A DNA stretch of 64,000 bases from assembly GCA_051251855.1 (NCBI GenBank), contig JBPOGI010000001.1, forward strand, positions 1,024,001 to 1,088,000, in the 5' to 3' direction. This stretch comes from Roseibacillus sp. GTDB taxonomy: Bacteria > Verrucomicrobiota > Verrucomicrobiia > Verrucomicrobiales > Akkermansiaceae. The position numbers and the translations under genes are program-made. Within the stretch, counting starts at the first letter, position 1; each line of letters begins with the position of its first letter. Positions 38,853 through 49,301 of the stretch are shown piece after piece. A model generated the notes under the pieces. It did no database searches. It was not told the origin of the DNA and saw only the letters and a program-made list of their open reading frames with translations.

Positions 38853-39950
38853 ATGAAGTTTCGTATTGCAAAGGAAGCCTTTCTCGATGGTTTGCAGCAA
38901 GTTCAGCATGTTGTCAGCACTCGCACCACGCTGCCTATCCTCTCTAATGTTCTCATTGAAGCCAAAGATGGCGAATTGCGGCTTACCACGACCGACCTTG
39001 ATGTCGGTGTCAGTGGCAGCGTCAAAGCCGAAGTTACAAAAGAGGGTGCGACGACCCTGCCTGCCAAACGTCTGGTGAGCATCATCCGTGAGCTGCCTTC
39101 TGCCGAGATTGAGATCTCAATCGATGCCAAGAACGTTGCGAGCATTTCGAGTGGTCCTAGTTTCTTCAAGATCATTGGGCTCCCGCATGACGAGTTTCCG
39201 CCTTTGCCTGATTTCAATGATGCCAAGGAGTATAAGATTCCGCAGGCGATTTTTAAAGAAGGTCTCAAGAAGACTTCTTACGCAATTTCAACGGATGAGA
39301 CGCGCTATGTTCTCAACGGCATTTTCATCTCCTTTAAGGAAGGGAAGATGACTCTTGTTGCCACTGATGGTCGTCGTCTCGCGATGGTTGAGAACGAGTT
39401 GGAGTTTCCAGCCACACACGAGACCGAAATCATTGTTCCTACTAAGGCTATTCAAGAGCTTGCTCGCCTAAGCAGTATGGAAGGTGAAGTGCAGGTGAAG
39501 TTACAGTCAAACCAGATTTCCTTTGAGATTGGCGATAGCATCATCGTTTCCAAGTTAATTGAGGGGAACTACCCCAATTACCGTCAGGTCATTCCTGGGG
39601 AAAAGAAAGAGCGCCTTGACCTCAATCGCGAGTCGTTCTTCGAAACCGTTCGTCGTGTTTCATTACTCTCTTCGGAAAAGTCCAATTCGGTGAAACTCGT
39701 CTTCGGACCGGACACTCTCGACATCACTGCTAACTCTCCAGATATTGGTGAAGCGAAAGAGTCCATGGCGGTGAAATATTCTGGACCCGAGTTTGCGATT
39801 GCTTTCAATCCAGACTTCCTAATGGCTCCTCTCCGCGCCTTGGATGAGGATGACCTTCATCTAGATCTCATTGATGAGATGAGCCCGGGTGTTCTTCGAG
39901 CAGCAGGGAACTTCCTCTATGTTCTGATGCCCATGCGGGTGACAAACTAG
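38853..39950 (+). CDS. dnaN: DNA polymerase III beta sliding clamp
   Basis: TTLPILSNVLI, TTDLD, STDETRYVLNG, VATDGRRLA, SKLIEG.YPNY..VIP, LMPMR; directly after dnaA. Confidence 0.97.
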   Translation: MKFRIAKEAFLDGLQQVQHVVSTRTTLPILSNVLIEAKDGELRLTTTDLDVGVSGSVKAEVTKEGATTLPAKRLVSIIRELPSAEIEISIDAKNVASISSGPSFFKIIGLPHDEFPPLPDFNDAKEYKIPQAIFKEGLKKTSYAISTDETRYVLNGIFISFKEGKMTLVATDGRRLAMVENELEFPATHETEIIVPTKAIQELARLSSMEGEVQVKLQSNQISFEIGDSIIVSKLIEGNYPNYRQVIPGEKKERLDLNRESFFETVRRVSLLSSEKSNSVKLVFGPDTLDITANSPDIGEAKESMAVKYSGPEFAIAFNPDFLMAPLRALDEDDLHLDLIDEMSPGVLRAAGNFLYVLMPMRVTN

Positions 39951-39960
39951 GAGAATTCTA

Positions 39961-40115
39961 GGACTCGAACCTTTAGGTCGTCTGGCACGGCTCTCTGTTT
40001 AGGGAATCATTTTCCGCGTGCAGTCACACTGCTCACGCAGAGATTATGCTGCTCTGGGCGACAGGGCCTAATCTTCAGATGACGGCGTCCTTGAAAGGCT
40101 CGCATTCGAGGTTCC
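39961..40115 (+). ncRNA. Candidate structured RNA: ~155-nt imperfect rod-like hairpin in the dnaN/TPR convergent gap
   Basis: Nested helices ctcgaa/ttcgag, ccttt/aaagg, gtcgtctg/cagatgac, ctgt/acag, gcgtg/cacgc, gcagt/actgc; G-U pairs favour the + strand. Family not identified. Confidence 0.4.
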
Positions 40116-40117
40116 GC

Positions 40118-42502
40118 CTATGGGAGGAGTTTCTTATATTTGGCAGCGGCAGCGAGCGAAGTCGAGTCTCCCTTCTCTTCATACACTTCGATAGCTCGCT
40201 TGATGGCTGAAGTCTTCGTTTCCTCTGTTCCAATGATTTCGGCGACCACCACGTAGTGACTGAGGGCTCCGTCCAAGTCGTCTTGGCGATGAGCGATGTC
40301 GCCCATGGTGATGCGAAGTTCGGCATTGAGTCCACCTTGTGGTTTCAGCTCAAGTGCTTGTTTGGCAACATCGCTTGCTGCTGCGAATTGGCGCAACCCC
40401 AGAAGAGCTTTCGATTTGCGGTGAAGAAGAACTGCACGCAGGTAAGCGCTTTCCTCAATAGGCATGAGAATGTCGCAGGCTTGAACGGTTTCCTTATGAT
40501 AGCCGAGGGCTTCCGCGCTTTGAGCATAAGCTTTCCATACCGCCTTTTTTGTATCAGTGGGCTTGTTAGGTGTGACCGCTTTGGTGAGATACTTCCAAGC
40601 TTGAGCATAGGCGCCATCGGCTGCAAACTTTGCTCCGAGCCATGCATAGACGGGGCGGGGAAGTCCTGAATCGGGAAACTCCTTCATCAACCGATCCAAC
40701 TCGGGCTGGAGAGCCGCTTGGTCTTGGCGCGCGAAGTGAATGAGAGCAAGGTGAATGGAGCTATCTTTCCCGAGCCCGCTAGGATTAAGCTCGCGAGCCT
40801 TAATGAAGGCAGGGAGCGCTAAGTCATGTTCTTCCTGCTTAAAGTGAGACCATCCCAGAATGAAATGAGAAGCGGCAATATCTCGCGCGGCTCGTTTGGG
40901 GAATTCTTTGAGAAGCCGGTGATGGGTGGTGATGAGCTTCGGAAAATTCTCTTTTTTACGATAAAGCTCCGCCATTCCCGAGAGCGCTTGGAGACGAAAC
41001 TCGGCCTCGTTGGTCTTGGATAGCAAGAGTTCGTAATCCGACACTGCAGCTTCTTCCGCACCCAATGCGACGTTGATGGCGCCACGATGCGCGAGGGCCC
41101 GAACAGCATTCTTGTCTTCAGGATGCTTGGTTAGGAAGACGTTGAAGGAATCGAGTGCTCCTTTTCGATCGCCAGTTTTTAGGCGTGAATAAGCTAAGCG
41201 ATAGCGTACCCGAGGAATATTCGCGGCGTCGATTCGGGAGAGGTTTATGTCGCCATATTGGCGAGCAGCCTCGCGATACTTGCGTGCGGACGAATACTTT
41301 TCGGCGAGCATAAGGTGGACATTATCCACCCGGGGATCCTCGTTATGATTCTTCTCGTAGCGTTTGAGGAAATCCTCCCCGGCTTTGAAGAAGCTGGCTT
41401 GCCCTTTTTTGTATTCGCGAGTGAGAACGGCGTAAGCGGCGTCGAAGGCTTGGTTCTTGTTTGTGGAAACTTTGGAGAGACGCTCGTAAAGCTTATTGGC
41501 AGTGTCACCATCGCCAGTTTGGCGGAAGGCTTCGGCGGCCATTGCAATGCGCTGGGCGTCTTGATCACGAGGGAGCTTGTAGTTACCGCTTTGGTAAAGC
41601 TTGACCACGCGAGGCAAGTCTTTGGCGTCGTAGGCCTCCGACATGAGAGTGAGCTGGGCTTTGCCATGCCATTCAGCGAGTTTGGGGGTGGTAAGAATGG
41701 TTTCGAACCATGCGGTGGCTTCGGCGTTCTTACCCAACTCGCGCGCGAGAAGAGCTGATTGCAAAATCGAATCAGAGGCGATCTTAGAATCCTTGGAATC
41801 GGTGAGAATCTTGTAGTTGGCATAGGCGCGACTCGCTTCACCTGTTTTGGCATAGATAGCGGCAATAGCGACGCGTGCTTTCTCCTGATACGGGGATCCT
41901 TCATCAAAAACCACGGCTCGAAGCGCATTCTTGAGGTCGTCAGTACGGTCGAGCTGCTGGAGGCAAAGCGCCCTTTGAAAAAGTGCCACGTGGCGCGTCT
42001 CGGCCTTGGTTGCGACTTTGGCTAAACGCGCGAAGAGGGGCTCGGCGGCTTCATACTTCTTGTTTTGATAATAGGTATTCGCCACTTGCTGGGCAGCTGC
42101 TTCGACTAGTGGACCAGCAGCCCCGGAGTTCGCTAAAGCGGTATAAACCGAGAGAGCTTGGTCCTGATTGCCCAGTTTTTCGTAACAAGAAGCGATATAG
42201 AACTGAGCCTCGGTCGCTCGGCTGTCGTGAGGGAAGGCTTTGCGGAAACGTTCGAAGGTGCGGAGGGAACTCTCGTAGGCAATTTTTCGAACTTCTGCTT
42301 TCTTCGCGGACTTGGCTTCTGCGTAGGCCAGTTGAGCTGCTTCGTAAAGGTCGCGTGCGGGGTCTGCTCGGAGAGGCGCAGGAGGAGCTTCGGCTGGGGA
42401 AGGCTGAGGCTCCTGTGCACTGGCACCTAGAGTTAAGCCACTTGTAATGGCCAAAAAGATGGCTTTGTTGGGCGAGCTGTTGGGGAGGGGGCGAATTTTC
42501 AT
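40118..42502 (-). CDS. Exported tetratricopeptide repeat protein
   Basis: Signal peptide, many TPR-like helical pairs (A.F..A.CY.KLG, F....P.D..A..A); co-transcribed with ExbB/ExbD-type genes. Confidence 0.85.
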   Translation of the reverse strand: MKIRPLPNSSPNKAIFLAITSGLTLGASAQEPQPSPAEAPPAPLRADPARDLYEAAQLAYAEAKSAKKAEVRKIAYESSLRTFERFRKAFPHDSRATEAQFYIASCYEKLGNQDQALSVYTALANSGAAGPLVEAAAQQVANTYYQNKKYEAAEPLFARLAKVATKAETRHVALFQRALCLQQLDRTDDLKNALRAVVFDEGSPYQEKARVAIAAIYAKTGEASRAYANYKILTDSKDSKIASDSILQSALLARELGKNAEATAWFETILTTPKLAEWHGKAQLTLMSEAYDAKDLPRVVKLYQSGNYKLPRDQDAQRIAMAAEAFRQTGDGDTANKLYERLSKVSTNKNQAFDAAYAVLTREYKKGQASFFKAGEDFLKRYEKNHNEDPRVDNVHLMLAEKYSSARKYREAARQYGDINLSRIDAANIPRVRYRLAYSRLKTGDRKGALDSFNVFLTKHPEDKNAVRALAHRGAINVALGAEEAAVSDYELLLSKTNEAEFRLQALSGMAELYRKKENFPKLITTHHRLLKEFPKRAARDIAASHFILGWSHFKQEEHDLALPAFIKARELNPSGLGKDSSIHLALIHFARQDQAALQPELDRLMKEFPDSGLPRPVYAWLGAKFAADGAYAQAWKYLTKAVTPNKPTDTKKAVWKAYAQSAEALGYHKETVQACDILMPIEESAYLRAVLLHRKSKALLGLRQFAAASDVAKQALELKPQGGLNAELRITMGDIAHRQDDLDGALSHYVVVAEIIGTEETKTSAIKRAIEVYEEKGDSTSLAAAAKYKKLLP

Positions 42503-42508
42503 CGTGGG

Positions 42509-42940
42509 CTAGCTACCACTGGAAGAGCCACCAGCGGTCTGGGTTGCAAAGGAAATATTCCATACTCCGGCACGGGTGCAAACGTCCATCACACGCACCA
42601 CATGTTGGAAGTCGGTATCCGCATCGCCGCGAACACGGACGGGCTGGTCGCGGTCGACTCGGGTAATTGCGGAGAGCTTATCGAAGAGGGCTGTGTCGGC
42701 GACGAGTTCACCATTGACGTAGGTAGTACCGTCCGCGCGGACGTTGATGATGATTTCCAAGTAAGAACGGCTTTCGCGTTCTTTGCTATCAGTGGAAGAG
42801 GGAACGGAAACTTTGAGGTCGAGTTCAGCACGGGAAAATTGCCAAGTGACGATAAAGAAGATGAGCAGCAGAAAGACGATGTCGATCATGGGGGCAAGCT
42901 GGAAGCCTGCAGGCTCGGGTTCTGGACGTTTGAATTTCAC
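42509..42940 (-). CDS. exbD: Biopolymer transport protein ExbD/TolR family
   Basis: APMIDIVFLLLIFF TM motif, VRVRGD, VV.VMD.C..AG; GTG start. Confidence 0.9.
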   Translation of the reverse strand: MKFKRPEPEPAGFQLAPMIDIVFLLLIFFIVTWQFSRAELDLKVSVPSSTDSKERESRSYLEIIINVRADGTTYVNGELVADTALFDKLSAITRVDRDQPVRVRGDADTDFQHVVRVMDVCTRAGVWNISFATQTAGGSSSGS

Positions 42941-42961
42941 AAGTAAGAGATGGGAAAAAAG

Positions 42962-43792
42962 TTACTGGCCTTGAGGTAACACCACATCTTGTGCGCCATA
43001 CATTTCGCCAGTAGGGGCGGGCATGGGTGCTTGTTGTGGCACGGGAGCCGTGGCAGGCGTCGCTTTCAACTGAGACGTTAGCAACGAGATGATGTGGGTA
43101 GAGGCGGCTTCGAACTCGTGAAGAAGGCGATTCACACGCCCTTTGAAGAAGGAGTGGAAAACCATAGCGGTGATGCCGATAACGAGACCACTCGCAGTGG
43201 TAACCAATGCCTCCGAGACACCGGAAGCCAATTGCATGGGGAGGTTGCCAGGGCTTCCTCCTTGGGAGATGAGCATGAAGGATTTGATCATACCAATGAC
43301 GGTTCCCAAGAGCCCCAGCATGGGAGCAATGGCACCGATGTCACCGAGCCATGTGATACGCTGAGCGAGAATGCCTGATTGGCGTGAACCTTCGGACTCA
43401 GCCACTTCCTTGATTTCGGTAGCCGAGGCGGCAGGGTTTTCGGTGACGAATTGCAGGGTTTTGGATGTCAACCTCGCGACCATCTCAGAGCGGCGATGGC
43501 TATAGGAAAGAAGGCCCATGAAGTCGCGCTTGCGCAACATTGAGTCTGCGGCATTCATGAAGCGATTGGTCACTACCGTAGGACGTCGAATCGTCAACGT
43601 GTATAGAATGATGAGGATGATAGCAATGAGCGCCATGGCAGCCAAGGGAATCATCATGATGCCACCTTCGCCAAGAATCTCGATGAGAGGGACTTTGGGA
43701 AGGGCTGTGCCGCCTTCGGAGGCCTCAGCAGGGGTGTCTTGAGCCATCGTGAGACCGCTGGACAGAATCAGGAGCAGGGGAAGTGATTTCAT
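42962..43792 (-). CDS. MotA/TolQ/ExbB proton channel family protein
   Basis: L..IGAIAPMLGLLGTVIGMI..F and LA.GVSEALVTTA.GL.I; start set at ATG 43792 (MKSLPLLL). Confidence 0.92.
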   Translation of the reverse strand: MKSLPLLLILSSGLTMAQDTPAEASEGGTALPKVPLIEILGEGGIMMIPLAAMALIAIILIILYTLTIRRPTVVTNRFMNAADSMLRKRDFMGLLSYSHRRSEMVARLTSKTLQFVTENPAASATEIKEVAESEGSRQSGILAQRITWLGDIGAIAPMLGLLGTVIGMIKSFMLISQGGSPGNLPMQLASGVSEALVTTASGLVIGITAMVFHSFFKGRVNRLLHEFEAASTHIISLLTSQLKATPATAPVPQQAPMPAPTGEMYGAQDVVLPQGQ

Positions 43793-43959
43793 AAAGAAGT
43801 TCAGACCAAAGAATAGCAATTCCCAGCCCGTCTGCAAGAGCAGTGCGTGCTGCGAAGCTGACTGCGTCTTGACACTATTTCGACTGAAAAGCGTCTCTGG
43901 GTATTCAATTTGTCTGACGAGTAGCGGGTCTGTGCTATCGTTGCCTGAGAAAGCAGACA

Positions 43960-45513
43960 ATGGCGGTTGATTTGAAAGAACAGATGCGCACGGTGCCGCA
44001 CAAACCGGGGGTCTACCTCATGAAGGACCGATTGGGCTCAATCATCTACGTTGGTAAGGCGAGAGATTTGAAAAAACGGCTTTCGAGCTACTTCATGCCT
44101 TCAAAAAAAATGCGAGGTGACCTCAAGACACGGGCTCTCATCGACTCCATTTGTGATTTTGAAATTCATGTCGTGCGCAATGAACCCGAGTCGTTACTCC
44201 TAGAGGGCAAGCTCATCAAACAGTATCGTCCGCGCTACAACGTGGCCTTTCGTGATGACAAACGTTTTCTCTTGGTGAGAATCGACTTGGAGGATCCTTG
44301 GCCCAAATTCACCACCACGCGTCTCAAGAAGGAAGATGGCGCGCGCTACTTTGGTCCGTTTGCCCATTCGGGTGCGTTGCGTTCGACCTTGGCTTGGTTG
44401 CATCGTGAGTTTGGATTGCGGACCTGCCAGCCCAAGGTTCCTGGGGAGAAAGATTACAAGCACTGCAACGCGGATGTGATTCGAAACTGCACCGCACCCT
44501 GTGTGGGTAAAATTGAGCGTGCTGCCTATTTGACTCGAGCTGAAGAAGCGTGCTCTCTCCTAGAAGGCAAAGGGAGACGGGAGCGTCTGAAGGGATTGCG
44601 AATTGAGATGGAAGCTGCGGCAGTGAGGATGGATTTTGAGAGAGCAGCCAAGCTGCGTGATGTGATGCAGAACTTGGAAAAAACGCTGAGCCCGACACGA
44701 CAGTTTACGCGGGGTCGTGGAGTGCCGACGACAGTCAAACCGACCGAGGACTTGGAGGAATTGGGACGCTTAATGAGTTTGCCCGGGCCTCCTGAGATTA
44801 TGGAGTGCTTCGATATTTCGAACATCTCGGACACGCACATTGTGGCCAGCATGGTGCGCTTTCGCGGGGGCGCTCCAGACAATCAGAATTATCGCCGATA
44901 TCGGATCAAGACGGTGTCGGGCCAGGATGACTTTGCGAGCATGGCCGAAGTGGTCCGGCGGCGGTATGCGCGGATTTTGGCGGAAAACGGAGAGGCGAAT
45001 CCTGAGATTGCGGAGGCGAGTCAGGAACGACCTTTGGAGGCCTTGCGGCGTCTGGCGAGGGAAGGGAAGAGTCCAATTACGATTCCAGATCTGGTGATTG
45101 TGGATGGTGGAAAAGGCCAGCTCTCTTCAGCGGTAACGGAACTGGAGAGATTGGGGTTGGGAGAATTGACAATTGTGGGATTGGCTAAGCAGCGGGAAGA
45201 GATTTTCTTTCCGGGAGAAAGCGAGCCCCTTTTGCTTTCGCATGATACAGGTGCGCTGAAATTGATGCAGCGAATTCGTGACGAAGCGCATCGATTTGCC
45301 AATGGGTATAACGAATTGTTATTAAGGAAGCGAATGAAGGAGAGTCTACTCGATGAGTGCCCTGGGATTTCGCCGAGACGGAAAGCGGCTTTATTGAAGA
45401 AATTTGGTAGTGTCGCACGGTTACGAGAGTCCACCGCCGAAGAAATAGCGACCTTACCTGGAATTTCCGAGAAGGCCGCTGAGGGGATTTTAGAGTGGCT
45501 GGATAATCAGTAA
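43960..45513 (+). CDS. uvrC: Excinuclease ABC subunit C
   Basis: PGVYLMKD...IIYVGKA..L..R (GIY-YIG), UVR coiled coil FERAAKLRD, ECFDISN, DDFASM, VDGGKGQL, RDEAHRFA, C-terminal HhH. Confidence 0.96.
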   Translation: MAVDLKEQMRTVPHKPGVYLMKDRLGSIIYVGKARDLKKRLSSYFMPSKKMRGDLKTRALIDSICDFEIHVVRNEPESLLLEGKLIKQYRPRYNVAFRDDKRFLLVRIDLEDPWPKFTTTRLKKEDGARYFGPFAHSGALRSTLAWLHREFGLRTCQPKVPGEKDYKHCNADVIRNCTAPCVGKIERAAYLTRAEEACSLLEGKGRRERLKGLRIEMEAAAVRMDFERAAKLRDVMQNLEKTLSPTRQFTRGRGVPTTVKPTEDLEELGRLMSLPGPPEIMECFDISNISDTHIVASMVRFRGGAPDNQNYRRYRIKTVSGQDDFASMAEVVRRRYARILAENGEANPEIAEASQERPLEALRRLAREGKSPITIPDLVIVDGGKGQLSSAVTELERLGLGELTIVGLAKQREEIFFPGESEPLLLSHDTGALKLMQRIRDEAHRFANGYNELLLRKRMKESLLDECPGISPRRKAALLKKFGSVARLRESTAEEIATLPGISEKAAEGILEWLDNQ

Positions 45514-45525
45514 AGTAAGTCACCA

Positions 45526-47643
45526 CTACTCAAGCGACTCGCCGGCTAACTTATCGCTCACCAATTTAATGAGATAGTTAGGAGTCAGTACTTCAGGCGT
45601 GATGTTCGGAACCTTCTTTTCCGGAGAGTAGAGCACATTTACAGGGATGGCTGAGCGACCAAGCTTGGTAAGTTCGGCATCGATTTCTTCGTTAGTCGTA
45701 GTTTTATCGGCCTTGAGGAAAAGAACGTTCCGGTTATTCATTAAGTCGACGACCTCCTGAGTATAAGCGTTCTTTTTGTTCACTTGGCAGGTGAGGCACC
45801 ATTTAGCAGTGAAGTCCACGTAGACAGGACGGCCCTCGGCAAGAGCTTCTTGCTCTTTCTCTTTTGTCCATTTCCCCCATTCGATAGTGACTACTTTCGA
45901 CTCGTCAATTGCTTGCCCTGGCTTGGCAAGAACAAAGCCAGCAAGGAAGAGCGCAAGCGTCACGCCGCGAGCAATCCACTTGGTTTTAGCTTTACGAATC
46001 GGGGTGGTCCAACGACCCCAAACCCATCCTGCTGCCGCAATCAAGGAGAGTCCAATCATCACGAAGAGTCCTTTTTGTCCGTAGTCTTGTTCGAAAACTT
46101 GCGCTGAATAAACCCAAAGCAGGTAACCAACGGTAGCAAACAGGAGGAAGGACATCCCTTGCTTGAAGGATTCCATCCAAGCTCCAGGGCGTGGGAGTTT
46201 TCTCACAAGGCCAGGGAAAGCTGAAAGGGTCAAGTAGGGAAGCGATAGTCCGGCAGCCATCACTGTGAAAGCCATAAAGAACCAGAAGGTTGGCAGGGCA
46301 ACCGCAGCACCGAGAGCGGCACCCAAGAAAGGAGCTGAACAAGGGGTCGCGACTACTGTTGCGAGAACGCCGGAGAAGAATGAACCTCCGAGGCCGTCTT
46401 TGCGGGTCAGATTGGAGCCGACTCCGGTTGCCCCAACTCCGATTTCGAAGACCCCATACATGTTCATGGCCAACAACAGCATCACGATGATGAGGGTGAA
46501 CATGACGTAGGGGTTCTCGAGTTGGCCGCCCCAGTTCTTGATACCTCCTAGAAGCATGATGAGAGTAAGCAGCCAAAAGCTTGCAAAGACGCCACCAGCA
46601 AAGGCGAAGCCATGCATCATGATCTTCTTACGGTCATGACCCGCTTGGTCAACGAAACCCATGATTTTGATTCCAATCACGGGGAAGACACAAGGCATGA
46701 GATTGAGAATCAGTCCGCCGACAAACATTCCAGTGAGGATGGGAAAGAGACTTGAGAAACTGACAGGAGTCTTTTTTTCCTCGGGAGTTCCAATCGAAGT
46801 TTCCACGAGATAGGATTGAGTGCCATCCGTTAGAATTCCTGTAAGTTGGTCTAACACAGGTCCCGGATCAGCGAACTCGTTCCCTTGGTTACGGGGGAGG
46901 TTGAGGGTGATAGTGTCGCCTTCCATGGTCGCGACGTGGGGGGCTTGCACGCTGACTTGGCCATCTTCGTCGAAAAATTTGAGACCGTCGGCATTGAGGT
47001 TTCCAGCAGGAGAAACGGTGACTGTGATGATGTTACTGACTTCGGTAGCCTTGATGTTGAAGTCCTTGGCTTCTGTGGGGTAGTGCGCGCGTGCTTTCTG
47101 GAATTCGGCAGTAAGAGAAGGGTCTGGAGATGATGTTGCGGTGATAGGTAATTTGAGAAATTGTTGTGTCTTCTCAGGGACGCAGCCTTTGTCGTCACAG
47201 ATTTGCCAACGAGAATTCAGGGTGATTTCGGCTGTTCCACCAGCGGTGAGATTTGCTGGGGGGGTGATTTTATAGAGATGGTGAACCGTCCCTTCGTAGC
47301 CGATTGTTTTGAAGCCAAAGGAGCTACTGAGGTGAGGGGTGGGCCATCCCAAGTATTCTGCAGTGAATCCTTCAGGGAGGGTCCACTCGGTGCTGAGGAC
47401 TTCACCAATGAGGCCCGTGTTGAGGTAGTAGCTATGCCAGCCTTCAGGATGGGTGAGCTTAAGAGCGACGGTGAAGGGTTGACCAGATGCGATAGAGGAG
47501 ACTTCAGAAAGGAGGCTAGCCTGGGTTTCCTCTTTCTTAGGTTTGCTCTTGGCACTGGGGAGACTGAAGGGATCGAAGTCATCAGCGGAGAGGAATCCAG
47601 TAAAAGGAATGAGGCTGAAAAGAAGAAGGAAGAGAATTTTCAT
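45526..47643 (-). CDS. Protein-disulfide reductase DsbD family (N-terminal Ig-like, TM, thioredoxin domains)
   Basis: WQICDDKGCVP, LNLMPCVFPV, ATPCSAPFLG, DFTAKWCLTCQVN. Confidence 0.9.
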   Translation of the reverse strand: MKILFLLLFSLIPFTGFLSADDFDPFSLPSAKSKPKKEETQASLLSEVSSIASGQPFTVALKLTHPEGWHSYYLNTGLIGEVLSTEWTLPEGFTAEYLGWPTPHLSSSFGFKTIGYEGTVHHLYKITPPANLTAGGTAEITLNSRWQICDDKGCVPEKTQQFLKLPITATSSPDPSLTAEFQKARAHYPTEAKDFNIKATEVSNIITVTVSPAGNLNADGLKFFDEDGQVSVQAPHVATMEGDTITLNLPRNQGNEFADPGPVLDQLTGILTDGTQSYLVETSIGTPEEKKTPVSFSSLFPILTGMFVGGLILNLMPCVFPVIGIKIMGFVDQAGHDRKKIMMHGFAFAGGVFASFWLLTLIMLLGGIKNWGGQLENPYVMFTLIIVMLLLAMNMYGVFEIGVGATGVGSNLTRKDGLGGSFFSGVLATVVATPCSAPFLGAALGAAVALPTFWFFMAFTVMAAGLSLPYLTLSAFPGLVRKLPRPGAWMESFKQGMSFLLFATVGYLLWVYSAQVFEQDYGQKGLFVMIGLSLIAAAGWVWGRWTTPIRKAKTKWIARGVTLALFLAGFVLAKPGQAIDESKVVTIEWGKWTKEKEQEALAEGRPVYVDFTAKWCLTCQVNKKNAYTQEVVDLMNNRNVLFLKADKTTTNEEIDAELTKLGRSAIPVNVLYSPEKKVPNITPEVLTPNYLIKLVSDKLAGESLE

Positions 47644-47752
47644 GAAGTGATTGATTACTACTACGATGAATCGAGAGCGATTTCATTCCCTGATTTCTGC
47701 ATTATCTTGCCATCGAGTTAGGAAAAAGTAGGTCTGGCTCAGATGTTCCCAT

Positions 47753-47779
47753 AAAAAAGGCCCGCCGAAGCGAGCCTTT
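47753..47779 (-). terminator. Intrinsic terminator after the glycine-zipper gene
   Basis: Minus strand AAAGGCTCGC-TTCG-GCGGGCC followed by a T run (cUUCGg tetraloop). Confidence 0.8.
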
Positions 47780-47805
47780 CTAAAAGAGAGAGTTGAGGAA
47801 GGGTC

Positions 47806-48111
47806 CTAGTATTGAGGATAAACCTGCTGGGATTGTCCGTATTGCTGTTGCTGCTGAACGGTATAGCCTCCGCCTTGCTGGAGGTCTTTGTTATTCCCAA
47901 CCGCAGCGCCACCGGCGCCACCAAGAAGTCCGCCAATAGCAGCACCACGGGCACCGTTGCCGTCACCGACGTTGTTACCGATGATTCCACCGAGAATAGC
48001 TCCGCCGGCAGCTCCGACGGCAGCATCACGTTGCAGGTTGTTTTGAGGAGCGCAGTTGCTCAAAGCGATTGCGGCGACGACGGTCAGGGAGGCAGTAATG
48101 GTCTGTTTCAT
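47806..48111 (-). CDS. Glycine-zipper lipoprotein
   Basis: Lipobox-like LSNC; GAAGGAILGGIIG...GAAIGGLLGGAGGAAVG; followed by a terminator. Confidence 0.85.
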   Translation of the reverse strand: MKQTITASLTVVAAIALSNCAPQNNLQRDAAVGAAGGAILGGIIGNNVGDGNGARGAAIGGLLGGAGGAAVGNNKDLQQGGGYTVQQQQQYGQSQQVYPQY

Positions 48112-48187
48112 AATAAATTTGAATTGTTTAAGGAATGTTAATCAAATACAGCTCGGCGTCAATTGCTTTTCGTGCCTGCTGTCTGGA

Positions 48188-49231
48188 TTATAAAACAGCT
48201 TTGGTTGGGAGTTTATTCAAGATTTCCTGAATCAATTTGGGGCCTTTGTAAATGAAGCCCGTGTAGAGCTGTAAAAGAGTGGCTCCGGCTTCCAGCTTTG
48301 CGAGGGCATCTTCAGCGGTCATGATACCACCGACTCCAATGATTGGAACTGATGAACCTAACTCGGAGTGAAAGGCCGCGATCGTTTTGGTCGAGAGTTC
48401 GGTTTCAGGGGCACCTGAAAGTCCTCCTTGTTCGGCGGCATATCGATGACCTTCCACTTTCTTGCGCTCGATGGTGGTATTGGTCGCAACGAGAGCGTCG
48501 AGGCCCCCGTCTCGAAAAACTTGGGCGAGCTCCTTGATATGATTCGCGTGAAGGTCGGGGGCCACTTTGAAAGCGATGGGAACGTTTCGGCTTGTGGTGC
48601 TCCTTAACTTTTCGCGCTCTTGTTGAAGCGTATCCAAGAGCCGAGCCGTCGAATCTGCAGCTTGGAGGTCCCGCAGACCTGGGGTATTAGGCGACGACAA
48701 GTTGACAGTGATATAGTCGGCCACAGGGTAGGCCGCACGGAAGGCGATGAGGTAATCGTCGACGGCCTTTTCGTTGGGTGTGGCCTTATTTTTCCCAATA
48801 TTGAAGCCGACTGGGCCTTGGAAGGTTCGATGATTGCGGACATTGGCGACTCCGATATCGATACCGGGGTTATTGAATCCCATGCGATTAATGAGTGCTT
48901 GGTGTTCAGGTAGACGGAAGAGTCGTGGTTGGGGATTTCCGGATTGGGGCCGAGGAGTGATGGTTCCGATTTCGATAAAGGAGAAACCGAGACGACCAAA
49001 AGCATCGATAGTGTTGCCTTCTTTATCAAGACCTGCAGCGAGTCCGACTGGATGGGCGAAGGTGAGGCCCATGCATTCCACCGAGTCGGTAGAAGGTAGT
49101 TTGGGAGCCATGGCTCCGAGCAGGCCTGACTTTTCAGCGATCCGAAGACTCGATAGCGAAATGTCATGAGCCTTCTCTGCGTCGAGGGTGAAGAGAAAAG
49201 ATTTGAGGAGAGGGTAGGTCGTCGTGAGCAC
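48188..49231 (-). CDS. pyrD: Quinone-dependent dihydroorotate dehydrogenase (class 2)
   Basis: GLAAGLDK, EIGTITPRPQ.GNP.PRLFR, INRMGFNN, NIGKNK, NLSSPNTPGLR, KVAPDL, GGLSG, IIGVGGI. Confidence 0.96.
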   Translation of the reverse strand: MLTTTYPLLKSFLFTLDAEKAHDISLSSLRIAEKSGLLGAMAPKLPSTDSVECMGLTFAHPVGLAAGLDKEGNTIDAFGRLGFSFIEIGTITPRPQSGNPQPRLFRLPEHQALINRMGFNNPGIDIGVANVRNHRTFQGPVGFNIGKNKATPNEKAVDDYLIAFRAAYPVADYITVNLSSPNTPGLRDLQAADSTARLLDTLQQEREKLRSTTSRNVPIAFKVAPDLHANHIKELAQVFRDGGLDALVATNTTIERKKVEGHRYAAEQGGLSGAPETELSTKTIAAFHSELGSSVPIIGVGGIMTAEDALAKLEAGATLLQLYTGFIYKGPKLIQEILNKLPTKAVL

Positions 49232-49301
49232 GTGGCAAAAGCTTCAACAATATTGTCCCAAAAATCCAACCTCGTTTCGAAGAGCTGAGTCAGTAGAAGC
49301 C

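Noticed and set aside
45526..47643. Selenocysteine in DsbD or other redox and Cys-dependent enzymes of the window
   Set aside because: All catalytic positions in DsbD, SdhB and the sulfatase are ordinary Cys codons in uninterrupted frames.
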